From positions 16,449-80,448 of the forward strand of contig JBFMGC010000001.1 of assembly GCA_040752815.1 (NCBI GenBank): a DNA stretch of 64,000 bases, given 5' to 3'. The stretch is from Candidatus Zixiibacteriota bacterium. Its GTDB lineage: Bacteria; Zixibacteria; MSB-5A5; GN15; FEB-12. Within the stretch, counting starts at the first letter, position 1, and each line of letters begins with the position of its first letter. The notes beneath the pieces were generated by a model. That model saw nothing but the letters and a program-made list of their open reading frames with translations. It did no database searches and was not told the origin of the DNA. Positions 31,091 through 39,823 of this stretch are shown piece after piece. Both the position numbers and the translations under genes were made by a program.

Positions 31091-31903
31091 ATGATCGACT
31101 GGCTCAGCCAATTCCATCCGATCCAACAGGCCCTTATCGGCACTCTGTTCACCTGGTTTCTAACAGCTCTTGGAGCGGCCCTGGTGTTTCCGGCTCGGGA
31201 GCTAAGCCGCCGCGCCCTCGACGGCATGCTCGGATTCGCGGCCGGCGTGATGATCGCCGCCAGTTTCTGGTCTCTTCTGGCGCCGGCGATAGAGATGTCC
31301 GGAGAAATGGGCTATCTCCCATGGGTTCCGGCAGTAGTCGGGTTTCTCCTGGGAGCGGCGTTTCTGCGTTTGATCGACCGCTTCCTCCCCCACTTACACC
31401 TTTTCTTGCCGCGTGAAAAAGCCGAGGGAATAAAGACCACCTGGCGGCGGACCACACTTCTGGTGTTGGCGATCACCCTCCATAATATCCCGGAAGGCCT
31501 GGCGGTGGGCGTGGCGTTCGGTGCGGTAGCTGCCGGTTACGATTCCGCAACTCTCGGCGGGGCCATCGCGCTCGCTCTCGGCATCGGCATTCAGAATTTC
31601 CCCGAGGGTACGGCGGTATCGATGCCGCTCCGCCGCGAGGGGATGTCCTTGCCAAGGTGCTTTTGGTACGGGCAACTGTCGGCGGTTGTGGAGCCGATCG
31701 CCGGCGTTTTTGGAGCCGCGCTGGTGATTATCGCCCGCCCCATTCTTCCCTTCGCGCTCGCCTTTGCCGCCGGGGCGATGATCTTCGTGGTTATCGAGGA
31801 GCTGGTTCCTGAATCGCAGACCAAAGGGCACTCACATGCGGCCACCATGGGTGGCATCCTGGGCTTCGCGGTGATGATGACACTCGACGTTGCCCTGGGC
31901 TGA
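31091..31903 (+). CDS. zupT: ZIP-family divalent metal transporter (ZupT-like)
   Basis: HNIPEGLAVGVAF and QNFPEGTAV signature helices; about 8 TM segments. Confidence 0.85.
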   Translation: MIDWLSQFHPIQQALIGTLFTWFLTALGAALVFPARELSRRALDGMLGFAAGVMIAASFWSLLAPAIEMSGEMGYLPWVPAVVGFLLGAAFLRLIDRFLPHLHLFLPREKAEGIKTTWRRTTLLVLAITLHNIPEGLAVGVAFGAVAAGYDSATLGGAIALALGIGIQNFPEGTAVSMPLRREGMSLPRCFWYGQLSAVVEPIAGVFGAALVIIARPILPFALAFAAGAMIFVVIEELVPESQTKGHSHAATMGGILGFAVMMTLDVALG

Positions 31904-31970
31904 AAGGATAGTTATAGTAGTTCTTTGATAATGAACAGTAAACACGTGAATAGATCGTTTAGGAGGTCAG

Positions 31971-33005
31971 ATGCCTGCGAACACCAAATCTGCCGGCAAA
32001 ACCGCGCTTGCTGAAACCGGGCTTTCCGAGCAGACACTGATGGGACTTTACACCAACCTGCTCAAGACCCGGCTGCTCGACGAGCGTTTTCGCAAGCTGT
32101 TTCGCCAGGGACGCTTTGCCGGAACCTACTTTTCTGCGGTCGGCCAGGAAGCGACGACAGTCGGCCCGACTTACGGACTTCGTGATGACGATATAATCGC
32201 GCCCTCGCACCGGGAAATCGGCGCCAACGTAACCAAGGGTGTGCCGATTGAGATAATCGCCGCCCAGGTGTACGCACGGGGCAACTCTCCGGATAAAGGC
32301 AAGAGCCATCCGTGCCATTACGGCTGGCGGCCGAAGGGCGTGATTACGCCGGCTTCAACAGTCGCCGGACAGACTATTATCGGCACCGGCTGTGCGATGG
32401 CTTTTCGTATTCAGAAGAAGGACAATGTGGTCGTGGCGTTTTTCGGCGAAGGTTCCACCGCTCGCGGCGGCTGGCATGAGGCGCTGAACTACGCCGGCAT
32501 TTACAAGCTGCCGATCGTGTACGTCTGCCAGAATAATCTATGGGCCGAATCGGTCCCGGCCACGCTGGCCGCAGGGATCACTGATTTTGCTGATCGCGCC
32601 AAGGCCTATGGTTTCCCCGGGGTAACGATCGACGGCAACGACATTGTCACGGTCCACAAGACGGCTGCTGACGCAATTGCCAAGGCCCGCAGCGGCGGCG
32701 GCCCGACCCTGATCGAGTGCAAAACCTACCGCTGGTACGGCCACTCCGAAATCGACCCGGCCGACTATCGCGCTCAGGAAGAGCTCGAAGCGTGGAAGAA
32801 GAAAGATCCGGTTCTGCGCGCTGAAAAACTGCTTACGGATCTTGGACTGCTCACCACGGAGAAGCGGGAGGCCATGGTCGAGCAGATCAGCGCCGAGATC
32901 GATGCGGCGATTGACTCGGTCGATAAGGCGCCATACTCCGCACCGGAGGAAGCGTACAACGACGTCTACTCGGCGCAGTTTCCCGTTCGCCGGGATGAAT
33001 ACTAA
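31971..33005 (+). CDS. 2-oxoacid (pyruvate/branched-chain/acetoin) dehydrogenase E1 alpha subunit, TPP-dependent
   Basis: AGGAGG lies before the ATG. Motifs: FFGEGSTARGGWHEALNYAGIYKLPIVYVCQNN (TPP motif), YRWYGHSEIDP. Confidence 0.9.
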   Translation: MPANTKSAGKTALAETGLSEQTLMGLYTNLLKTRLLDERFRKLFRQGRFAGTYFSAVGQEATTVGPTYGLRDDDIIAPSHREIGANVTKGVPIEIIAAQVYARGNSPDKGKSHPCHYGWRPKGVITPASTVAGQTIIGTGCAMAFRIQKKDNVVVAFFGEGSTARGGWHEALNYAGIYKLPIVYVCQNNLWAESVPATLAAGITDFADRAKAYGFPGVTIDGNDIVTVHKTAADAIAKARSGGGPTLIECKTYRWYGHSEIDPADYRAQEELEAWKKKDPVLRAEKLLTDLGLLTTEKREAMVEQISAEIDAAIDSVDKAPYSAPEEAYNDVYSAQFPVRRDEY

Positions 33006-33036
33006 GCGGAACCACGATTAGCAAAATGGTGAGAAC

Positions 33037-34020
33037 ATGAAGAAAGTCACGTACATAGAAGCAATCACTCAGGCGCTGGACGAGGAGATGGCGCGCGACG
33101 AGCGAGTGTTCCTGATCGGCGAAGATATCGGCCTTTATGGTGGTGTTTTCAAAGCAACCAAGGGCCTGATGGACAAATACGGCGCCGAGCGGGTGATCGA
33201 CTCCCCCATTTCCGAGGTGTATATCGCCGGAGGTTCGGTCGGCGCGGCGATGGTCGGCATGAAACCGGTCCCGGAAATCCAGTTCGCCGATTTCATCACG
33301 CCATCGATGGACCAGATCATCCAGCAGATGGCCAAGCTGCGCTATCGCACTGCCGGCCAATGGACCTGCCCGGTCACTATGCGAGTGTGCTGCGGCGCGG
33401 ATGTAGGCGGCGGTCTGTATCACTCCCAAATCAACGAGCAGTGGTTTGTCTCCCAGCCCGGCCTGATCGTGGTCATGCCGGCCACACCCTACGACGCCAA
33501 AGGGCTGCTCAAGGCCGCAATCCGCGGCGAGGACCCGGTGATCTATTTCGAACACAAGCGGCTCTATCGCTGGATCAAGGAGGAAATCCCGGAAGACGAT
33601 TTTACCGTCCCGATCGGCAAGGCGGCCGTACGTAAGAAAGGGAACGACATCACGATAGTCTCCTACGGTCTCATGTACCATCGCGCTGCTGAAGCGGTGA
33701 CTGCTTTGGAGAAGGACGGCATCTCGGCGGAGCTGATCGATATGCGCACGCTCCTCCCGTGGGACCGCGAGACGATTTTCGAATCGGTCAAAAAGACCTC
33801 GCGGGCCGTGCTGGTCCAGGAAAGCTCCAAGACCGGCGGCGTGATGGGCGAAGTGGGCGCGGCGATTGCCGAAGAGATTTTCGATTACCTCGACGCCCCG
33901 GTTACGAGGGTGTGCGGTATCGATGTTCCGGCGGTGCCGTTTGCTCCGCCCATGGAGCATTTCTTCCTTCCCAACGCCGACAAGATTTCGCGCGCGGTAA
34001 AGAAAGTGCTGGAGTACTAA
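33037..34020 (+). CDS. 2-oxoacid dehydrogenase E1 beta subunit
   Basis: VFLIGEDIGLYGGVFKATKGL, DSPISE and the transketolase-like C-terminal domain. Confidence 0.9.
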   Translation: MKKVTYIEAITQALDEEMARDERVFLIGEDIGLYGGVFKATKGLMDKYGAERVIDSPISEVYIAGGSVGAAMVGMKPVPEIQFADFITPSMDQIIQQMAKLRYRTAGQWTCPVTMRVCCGADVGGGLYHSQINEQWFVSQPGLIVVMPATPYDAKGLLKAAIRGEDPVIYFEHKRLYRWIKEEIPEDDFTVPIGKAAVRKKGNDITIVSYGLMYHRAAEAVTALEKDGISAELIDMRTLLPWDRETIFESVKKTSRAVLVQESSKTGGVMGEVGAAIAEEIFDYLDAPVTRVCGIDVPAVPFAPPMEHFFLPNADKISRAVKKVLEY

Positions 34021-34027
34021 GGGGACT

Positions 34028-35311
34028 ATGATGGAATACAAAGTGATCGTACCCCCGCTGGGCGAATCGGTGGTCGAGGGGACCATTGTCAAGTGGCTCA
34101 AGAATGAAGGCGATTCGGTCAAGGCCGATGAGCCGCTAGTCGAAATCATGACTGACAAGATTAATGTCGAGCTCCCCTCCGCCCACGCCGGCAAAATGAA
34201 GAAGCACCTGGTGGCGATCGGCACCGTAGTCGAGATCGGTCGCGAGATTGCCATCATGGATGTCGAGGGCGTGGTGACTCAGGCCAAGACATTCGACACC
34301 AAACCTGACGGTAAAGAGCATATCCCACAGGAACAGGAAGTGGCCGCGCCACCGGAGGAATTTGTCGGCACCGTGCAGCATCACGCGGAGATGGGTATCC
34401 ACGCCGATGAGGCGGCCATCGCCGCAGGCATTAAAGCCGCCCGCTCGTCCCCGGTCGTACGCCGCCTGGCACGCGAGCACTTCATAGACCTTCGCAAAGT
34501 GAGCGGTTCCGGTCGTAACGGCCGCGTGTCCAAGAGTGACGTACTCAAGTATATCGAGATGCGTCACACTGTCGATCTGGTCCAGCCCGACTTTGTCTTC
34601 CCGCAGGAAGAGCGGGAGGAGATCATCCCGGTCATCGGAGTGCGCAAGGTGATCTCCGAGCACATGACGGCATCGGCGTTCACCATTCCGCATGTGACCA
34701 CGTTTGACGAGTGCGATATGTCCGCCCTGGTCGAATGGCGCCGGAAGTACGCGGACAAGATCCAGGAGGAGAAGGGCGTGCGCATCACCTACCTGCCCTT
34801 TATCGCCAAGGCGATCATATTCGCGGCCCGCAAATATCCCTGGATAAACGCCACGTTTGAAGGCGACAATCTTCATGTCAAGAAGTACTTCAATATCGGC
34901 ATGGCGGTGGCGCGCGAGAACTCGCTGATCGTGCCGGTGGTCAAGCACTGCGAACGGAAGTCGCTGCTTCAGATCGCTCAGGAGATGCGCGACCTGGGCG
35001 AGAAGGCCAATGCCGACAAGCTGCAACTAAGCGAAATCAGCGGCGGCACGATCTCGATCACGAACGCCGGCGGCATGGGCGCTCTGGCCTCGACCCCGAT
35101 CATCGCCAAGCCGCAGGTGGCTATCTTGGGCGTGCACAAGATTGTCGACAAACCGGTGGTGCGCGACGGCCAGATTGTCATCCGGCCGATTCTCAACTTC
35201 GGCCTGTCTTTCGATCATCGCGTGGTCGACGGCGCTTATGCCGTGCAGTTCCTCCGCCTGATGATCGAGTATCTCGAAGCGCCCGACAAGTGGCTGCTCG
35301 ACGTGATCTGA
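34028..35311 (+). CDS. Dihydrolipoamide acyltransferase (E2)
   Basis: Lipoyl domain with EIMTDKINVEL, an E3-binding region (SPVVRRLAREHFIDL) and catalytic SFDHRVVDG. Confidence 0.92.
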   Translation: MMEYKVIVPPLGESVVEGTIVKWLKNEGDSVKADEPLVEIMTDKINVELPSAHAGKMKKHLVAIGTVVEIGREIAIMDVEGVVTQAKTFDTKPDGKEHIPQEQEVAAPPEEFVGTVQHHAEMGIHADEAAIAAGIKAARSSPVVRRLAREHFIDLRKVSGSGRNGRVSKSDVLKYIEMRHTVDLVQPDFVFPQEEREEIIPVIGVRKVISEHMTASAFTIPHVTTFDECDMSALVEWRRKYADKIQEEKGVRITYLPFIAKAIIFAARKYPWINATFEGDNLHVKKYFNIGMAVARENSLIVPVVKHCERKSLLQIAQEMRDLGEKANADKLQLSEISGGTISITNAGGMGALASTPIIAKPQVAILGVHKIVDKPVVRDGQIVIRPILNFGLSFDHRVVDGAYAVQFLRLMIEYLEAPDKWLLDVI

Positions 35312-35329
35312 ACTTAGTGAGGTTGGTAC

Positions 35330-36727
35330 ATGGCTGAAAAGTACACGCTCGTGGTTATCGGCGCCGGGCCGGGCGGCTATGTCGCTGCGATCCGGGCCGC
35401 GCAACTGGGCATCAAGACCGCGGTGGTCGAACGTGAGTACTTCGGCGGGGTCTGCCTCAACTGGGGGTGTATCCCGTCGAAAACGCTGCTTCACGTCACC
35501 GAGATGAAGCGCCACATCGAGGAGGCCAAACGGATCGGCCTGGTCGCGGAGAATGTCAGGATCGACCTGGACCTTCTGCGCAAGCACAAGGAAGCCACGG
35601 TCAAGCGGCTCACCGGCGGAGTCAAGATGCTTCTCGACAAAGCAGGCGTGAAATCGTTTGTCGGCGCGGCGCGGTTCGTCTCCCCCACCAGGATCGAAGT
35701 CACCGGCGAGGCCGGCAAGACTGAGATCGAATCCGAGAACATCATCATCGCCACCGGAGCCCGCACGATGCAGTTGCCGATGCTCAAGCAGGACGGTAAG
35801 CTGATTTTCGGCGCGCGCGAGTCGATCGATATCCCAAACGTGCCTGCCGAGATGCTGGTGGTGGGCGCAGGGCCGATCGGGGTTGAGATGGCAACCGTGT
35901 ATCAGACCCTCGGCTCGAAAGTAACCATTGTTGAAATCCTCTCGTCGGTTTTGCCCACGCTTGATACTGATATCTCGACTGTCACCGAGCGAGCGCTCAA
36001 GAAACAGGGAATGAAGATCCTGCTGTCATCTAAAGTGACCAAATCTGAAATCTCCGGCGGCAAAGTGAAAGTGACGATTGAAACGGGCGGCACGAGCGAG
36101 CAGCAGACATTCGACGCGGTTCTGGTCGCAGCAGGGATGATTCCGAATACGTCAGACATGGGGCTGGACAAAATCGGCGTTAGGCTAGATGCCAGGGGTT
36201 TCGTGCAGGTCGACAAGAAGATGCGCTCCAACGTGGCGAACATATTTGCGATTGGCGATGTAGCAGGCGGGCTGCTGCTGGCACATAAGGCCTCGCATGA
36301 GGGAATTGTCGCGGCGGAAGCGGTCGCCGGCTCTGGCGCGAGTGCCGACTGGAAAGGCGTGCCGTACGCCGTGTTCTGCGACCCTGAGGTGGCCGGTATC
36401 GGCCTGTCCGAGAAAGAGGCGGCGCAGAAGGGCCTGAAAGTGCGAGTGGGCAAGTTCCCGTATCAGGGAGTAGGCAAAGCTGTCGCCACGCTCGCTACTG
36501 ATGGCTTCGCGAAAGTCATCTCCGACGCCGAGACCGATGAGATCTTAGGTATACATGTAGTCGGGCCGCACGCTGGCGATATCGTCTTCACCGGCACCGC
36601 GATGATGGAGCTCGACTGCACCGCCGAGGACCTGGGCCACCTGATGGCGGTCCACCCGACCTTATCCGAAGCCCTGATGGAAGCCGGCCTCCACGCCCAC
36701 AAGCGGGCGATACATATACCGAATTAG
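35330..36727 (+). CDS. lpdA: Dihydrolipoyl dehydrogenase (E3)
   Basis: GAGPGGYVAAIRAAQLG, redox disulfide GGVCLNWGCIPSK and C-terminal HPTLSE. Confidence 0.95.
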   Translation: MAEKYTLVVIGAGPGGYVAAIRAAQLGIKTAVVEREYFGGVCLNWGCIPSKTLLHVTEMKRHIEEAKRIGLVAENVRIDLDLLRKHKEATVKRLTGGVKMLLDKAGVKSFVGAARFVSPTRIEVTGEAGKTEIESENIIIATGARTMQLPMLKQDGKLIFGARESIDIPNVPAEMLVVGAGPIGVEMATVYQTLGSKVTIVEILSSVLPTLDTDISTVTERALKKQGMKILLSSKVTKSEISGGKVKVTIETGGTSEQQTFDAVLVAAGMIPNTSDMGLDKIGVRLDARGFVQVDKKMRSNVANIFAIGDVAGGLLLAHKASHEGIVAAEAVAGSGASADWKGVPYAVFCDPEVAGIGLSEKEAAQKGLKVRVGKFPYQGVGKAVATLATDGFAKVISDAETDEILGIHVVGPHAGDIVFTGTAMMELDCTAEDLGHLMAVHPTLSEALMEAGLHAHKRAIHIPN

Positions 36728-36752
36728 GGAGACGTCCCTCAAGACAATCGTG

Positions 36753-36809
36753 CCCGGCAGATGCCCGCCCTCGACTTGATCGGGGGTCCTCATCTGCCGG
36801 GTCTTTGTT
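36753..36809 (+). terminator. Terminator-like long hairpin after lpdA
   Basis: CCCGGCAGATG (36753-36763) pairs with CATCTGCCGGG (36791-36801) around a 27-nt loop, followed by TCTTTGTT. The same arms recur at 39550-39575. Confidence 0.5.
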
Positions 36810-36829
36810 CGTCAAAGAGGTTCAAGGAT

Positions 36830-36856
36830 GTCGAAACCACAGGGGTTTCGACCTAC
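36830..36856 (+). repeat. REP hairpin copy 1
   Basis: GTCGAAACCACAGGGGTTTCGACCTAC. Stem GTCGAAACC/GGTTTCGAC. One mismatch to copy 3. Confidence 0.8.
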
Positions 36857-36870
36857 ATCTGTCTCGGGCA

Positions 36871-36913
36871 CTGATAATATCCGTCCTTCAAATAGTCTGC
36901 GGCCGAGGAGAAG
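36871..36913. repeat. 43-bp duplicate of the RAYT gene 3' region (orphan fragment)
   Basis: CTGATAATATCCGTCCTTCAAATAGTCTGCGGCCGAGGAGAAG matches 37013-37055 with one mismatch. It lies between REP copies 1 and 2. Confidence 0.85.
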
Positions 36914-36918
36914 TCCTT

Positions 36919-36945
36919 GTAGGTCGAAACCCCTGCGGTTTCGAC
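36919..36945 (-). repeat. REP hairpin copy 2 (inverted)
   Basis: GTAGGTCGAAACCCCTGCGGTTTCGAC is the exact reverse complement of copy 3 (37507-37533). Confidence 0.85.
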
Positions 36946-36958
36946 ATTCTGTTATTCT

Positions 36959-37460
36959 TCACTCGCCAAACTCACCTTCGAACTCAATCGGTTCGCGCAC
37001 TCCCCAATCCGACTGATAATATCCGTCCTTCAAATAGTCCGCGGCCGAGGAGAAGCGCCACATGAACGGATTGTCGATCAGCCCGTGCTTCACCGGATTA
37101 TAATGAATATAATCGATGTGCTTATTCAGATCATCCTGGTCGCGCATAATCCGATCCCAGAATCGATATTGCCAAATTCGCCCCTCTCGCATCCCCAAAC
37201 GGGCTCTCAGATTGGTCGAGAACGACAGCTTGATCCGGCGCACGATACTCGATATGTCACCGTCACTCACGTGGACCAGCATGTGCATGTGGTCAGGGAG
37301 AACAACCCAGGCGGCGAGAGCTAGCATGTTTCTGACGCGCGGTCTCCATCGCGTGCCAAAGCAGGTCAAAGTGATCGATTAGAATAGGCATCCGACGGTA
37401 AGTAATATGTGTGAGAAAACACGCTTGCCCCTCGGTGAAATACCTCCGGATGTTGGTCAT
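36959..37460 (-). pseudogene. REP-associated tyrosine transposase (RAYT, IS200/IS605 Y1 family), interrupted by a frameshift
   Basis: C-terminal frame (ORF 36959-37369): AAWVVLPDHMHMLV (HUH motif) and IDYIHYNPVKHGL (catalytic Tyr). The N-terminal 45 aa, MTNIRRYFTEGQACFLTHITYRRMPILIDHFDLLWHAMETARQKH, are in another frame from ATG 37460. The frames switch near 37321-37330. Confidence 0.75.
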
Positions 37461-37506
37461 TGAAGGAATATATACATGGTCGCATTTGAGTCAATCACAT
37501 TCGACG

Positions 37507-37533
37507 GTCGAAACCGCAGGGGTTTCGACCTAC
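37507..37533 (+). repeat. REP hairpin copy 3
   Basis: GTCGAAACCGCAGGGGTTTCGACCTAC. With copy 2 it forms perfect inverted repeats bracketing the RAYT gene. It overlaps the rlmI stop by 4 nt. Confidence 0.85.
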
Positions 37534-38702
37534 AATCTCTCCAACACAAAGCACTTCAAATACTGCGTCTCGGGCATCGCCTGCAATATCGGATGATCGG
37601 CGGATTGGGTCAGGAAGGCGCGCTGGCGAAAACGGACGTGAGCGTCGCGGGCGGCGGAGCGAAGCAATTCCTGAAACGCCGACACGCTCAGGTTCTGCGA
37701 ACAACTGCATGTCACGAGTATTCCGCCCGGTGAGAGTAGTTTCATAGCCGACATGTTAATCTCGCGGTATCCCGCAACCGCTGCTTTCAACTGGCTCTTG
37801 CTTTTGACAAACGCGGGCGGATCGAGAATGATCAGGTCGAAATGCCCGCGCTCGTCGCTTAGCCGACGCAACAAGTCAAAGCAGTCTTCGCGTGTGGCTG
37901 TGATTTTGTCGGCGACCCCGTTTAGTTCAGCGTTTTCCCCCAGCAGTTCGAGTGCGCTCTGCGAACTGTCGGCTGCTACCACGCTCGATGCACCACCCAG
38001 CGCGGCATTGACAGCGAATCCGCCCGAATAACAGAAACAGTCCAGAGTGCGACGGTCTCGTGCGAGTTGGCGTACGATTGCCCGTGTGTCGCGCTGGTCG
38101 AAAAAGAACCCGGTCTTCTGGCCATGATACGGGTCGACCACAAAACGCGCGCCGCTTTCCTCGATCTCTATTCGCTCCGGTACGGCACCGTAAACGGCAT
38201 CGACTGACTCAGGCAGCGTCTCAAGCTGGCGATAAGACGAGTCATTGCGCAGTAGTATCCCTTCCGGCCCGAAGACCTCCAACAGCGCTTCGACGATTGA
38301 CGCCCGCAATCGTTCCATTCCAAGCGTCAGTATCTGCACTACAAGACAATTATCATACTTATCGACAATCAGCCCCGGCAGCAAATCTCCTTCGGAAAAC
38401 ACGACCCGTCCCGACGAAAACACTCCGAACAGTTGCTGCCGGTACGCCAGCGCCGCTTGGAGTTTTCGCACGAGGAAAGCTGTGTCAATCTCTTCTTTTC
38501 TATCCGTCAGTATGCGTGCGGCTATCAGGCTGTGCTTGTTGTAGTAGGCACGGCCGAGGAATTTGCCGCGGTCGCTAAGAACGTCGACCAGGTCACCGTT
38601 CTCGCCGAAATCGCACACGTCCGCGATTTCATTGCTGAACACCCAGAGATGTCCGGCGCGGATGCGGCGGTCTTCTTTCGGCTTGAGTCTGAGCGTGGCC
38701 AT
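37530..38702 (-). CDS. rlmI: SAM-dependent 23S rRNA m5C methyltransferase, RlmI-like (PUA plus MTase)
   Basis: MATLRLKPKEDRRIRAGHLWVFSNEI (PUA-like N-terminus); LDCFCYSGGFAV and ILDPPAF (MTase motifs). Confidence 0.85.
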   Translation of the reverse strand: MATLRLKPKEDRRIRAGHLWVFSNEIADVCDFGENGDLVDVLSDRGKFLGRAYYNKHSLIAARILTDRKEEIDTAFLVRKLQAALAYRQQLFGVFSSGRVVFSEGDLLPGLIVDKYDNCLVVQILTLGMERLRASIVEALLEVFGPEGILLRNDSSYRQLETLPESVDAVYGAVPERIEIEESGARFVVDPYHGQKTGFFFDQRDTRAIVRQLARDRRTLDCFCYSGGFAVNAALGGASSVVAADSSQSALELLGENAELNGVADKITATREDCFDLLRRLSDERGHFDLIILDPPAFVKSKSQLKAAVAGYREINMSAMKLLSPGGILVTCSCSQNLSVSAFQELLRSAARDAHVRFRQRAFLTQSADHPILQAMPETQYLKCFVLERL

Positions 38703-38945
38703 GACAAGGGAAGGTTACAGACATTCAAACCTAATTGCAAGAGCGCACAGCGAGTGGTCTGTGCCGCAATTGGTATCCACTTGTATAGTCACTATCCAGT
38801 GTAGGCGGCGACCGCACACAACAAGCTGAATCGGGAATTGTCGACTACGCAGTCTCTTACAGCACTTTCACAAATCATGCGCACTCCGGCAGCCGGATTG
38901 CAGTGCCTGTTAGTGACAGGAACCTTAAACCAATGGAGGTGAGTT

Positions 38946-39521
38946 ATGAAAAACTGTCTAACGACTGTGTGCGTAGTGTGTATCGGATGCGCGGCGTTCG
39001 CAGCCGACAGCCCGATTTCCAAAGGAAGCGTGAGTCTCGGCGGGCAGATGTTCTTTCAATCCTTGACGGACGAGGCTTACGAGAACTGGCGTGGCGACGG
39101 GCTGACCACAATCACCCTTAATCCGCGAATAGGGGGATTCGTAGCGGACGGCCTTTCTCTCGGTGCGGAGACCGAATTCCTCTGGGGATCGCGAGGGAGT
39201 TACTCCGAGACTCTGTTCGGAATCGGTCCGAGAATCGCGTACTACTTCCCCACCAGGAAGAACCGAACAGAGATCAAGGGGTCGGTGTATCCGTATGTCG
39301 CCGGGCTGGCTACTTTTGGCTCGTGGAGCTGCGATGGCGGCGACGACGATCTCTTTATAATCAAGTTCGGTGGCGAATTGGGTGCGTTACTGATGTTCGG
39401 AAATTCGGCAGGAGCTGACGTATCGCTTCGGGTGAAACGCGACGTGTATGACGTTGGTGGGCACCCCGCATTCGGCACGAATGTCCAGTTCGGTGTGGGT
39501 CTCACCGCGTTCGTGCTCTGA
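38946..39521 (+). CDS. Small outer-membrane beta-barrel protein
   Basis: Signal MKNCLTTVCVVCIGCAAFA, alternating beta-strand pattern, C-terminal GVGLTAFVL. GGAGGTGA lies before the ATG. Confidence 0.6.
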   Translation: MKNCLTTVCVVCIGCAAFAADSPISKGSVSLGGQMFFQSLTDEAYENWRGDGLTTITLNPRIGGFVADGLSLGAETEFLWGSRGSYSETLFGIGPRIAYYFPTRKNRTEIKGSVYPYVAGLATFGSWSCDGGDDDLFIIKFGGELGALLMFGNSAGADVSLRVKRDVYDVGGHPAFGTNVQFGVGLTAFVL

Positions 39522-39549
39522 GCGTCCGCGATTATGAGGGGGGACAAAG

Positions 39550-39585
39550 CCCGGCAGATGAGGACATCTGCCGGGCACGTTTTCA
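39550..39585 (+). terminator. Intrinsic terminator after the OM barrel gene
   Basis: CCCGGCAGATG-agga-CATCTGCCGGG (39550-39575), followed by CACGTTTTC. Confidence 0.65.
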
Positions 39586-39655
39586 TACGTATCGTGTGTG
39601 CGCGACTCAGTGACCCCTCCTGCGTCAATCGCGATTCGGATTATGGCAACCTGTA

Positions 39656-39823
39656 GTCACCCTTCGACAGGCTCAGGGTGACTTTAGAGTTGGCCTAACA
39701 ATGGTTTTGGGCACAACACTGCCAGTTCAACACAATCTACACATAAGTCAGACTGAGCCTGTCGAAGTCTGACTAATCGCCGCGAGCAAAGACACCCTTC
39801 GACCGGTCGATAGCTCAGGGTGT
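39656..39823. repeat. Three hairpins sharing the core TTCGAC(A/C)GG..CTCAG
   Basis: 39656-39682: GTCACCCT-tcgacaggctc-AGGGTGAC. 39746-39774: AGTCAGAC-tgagcctgtcgaa-GTCTGACT, the same core inverted with different stems. 39792-39823: ACACCCT-tcgaccggtcgatagctc-AGGGTGT, overlapping the lipB stop. Confidence 0.55.

Noticed and set aside
36805-37065. Small plus-strand ORFs (36805-37065, 36828-37016, 37411-37596, 37476-37733) in the REP/RAYT region.
   Set aside because: They are read-throughs of the REP hairpins and of the antisense strand of the transposase gene. Their repeated peptide segments simply mirror the DNA repeats.
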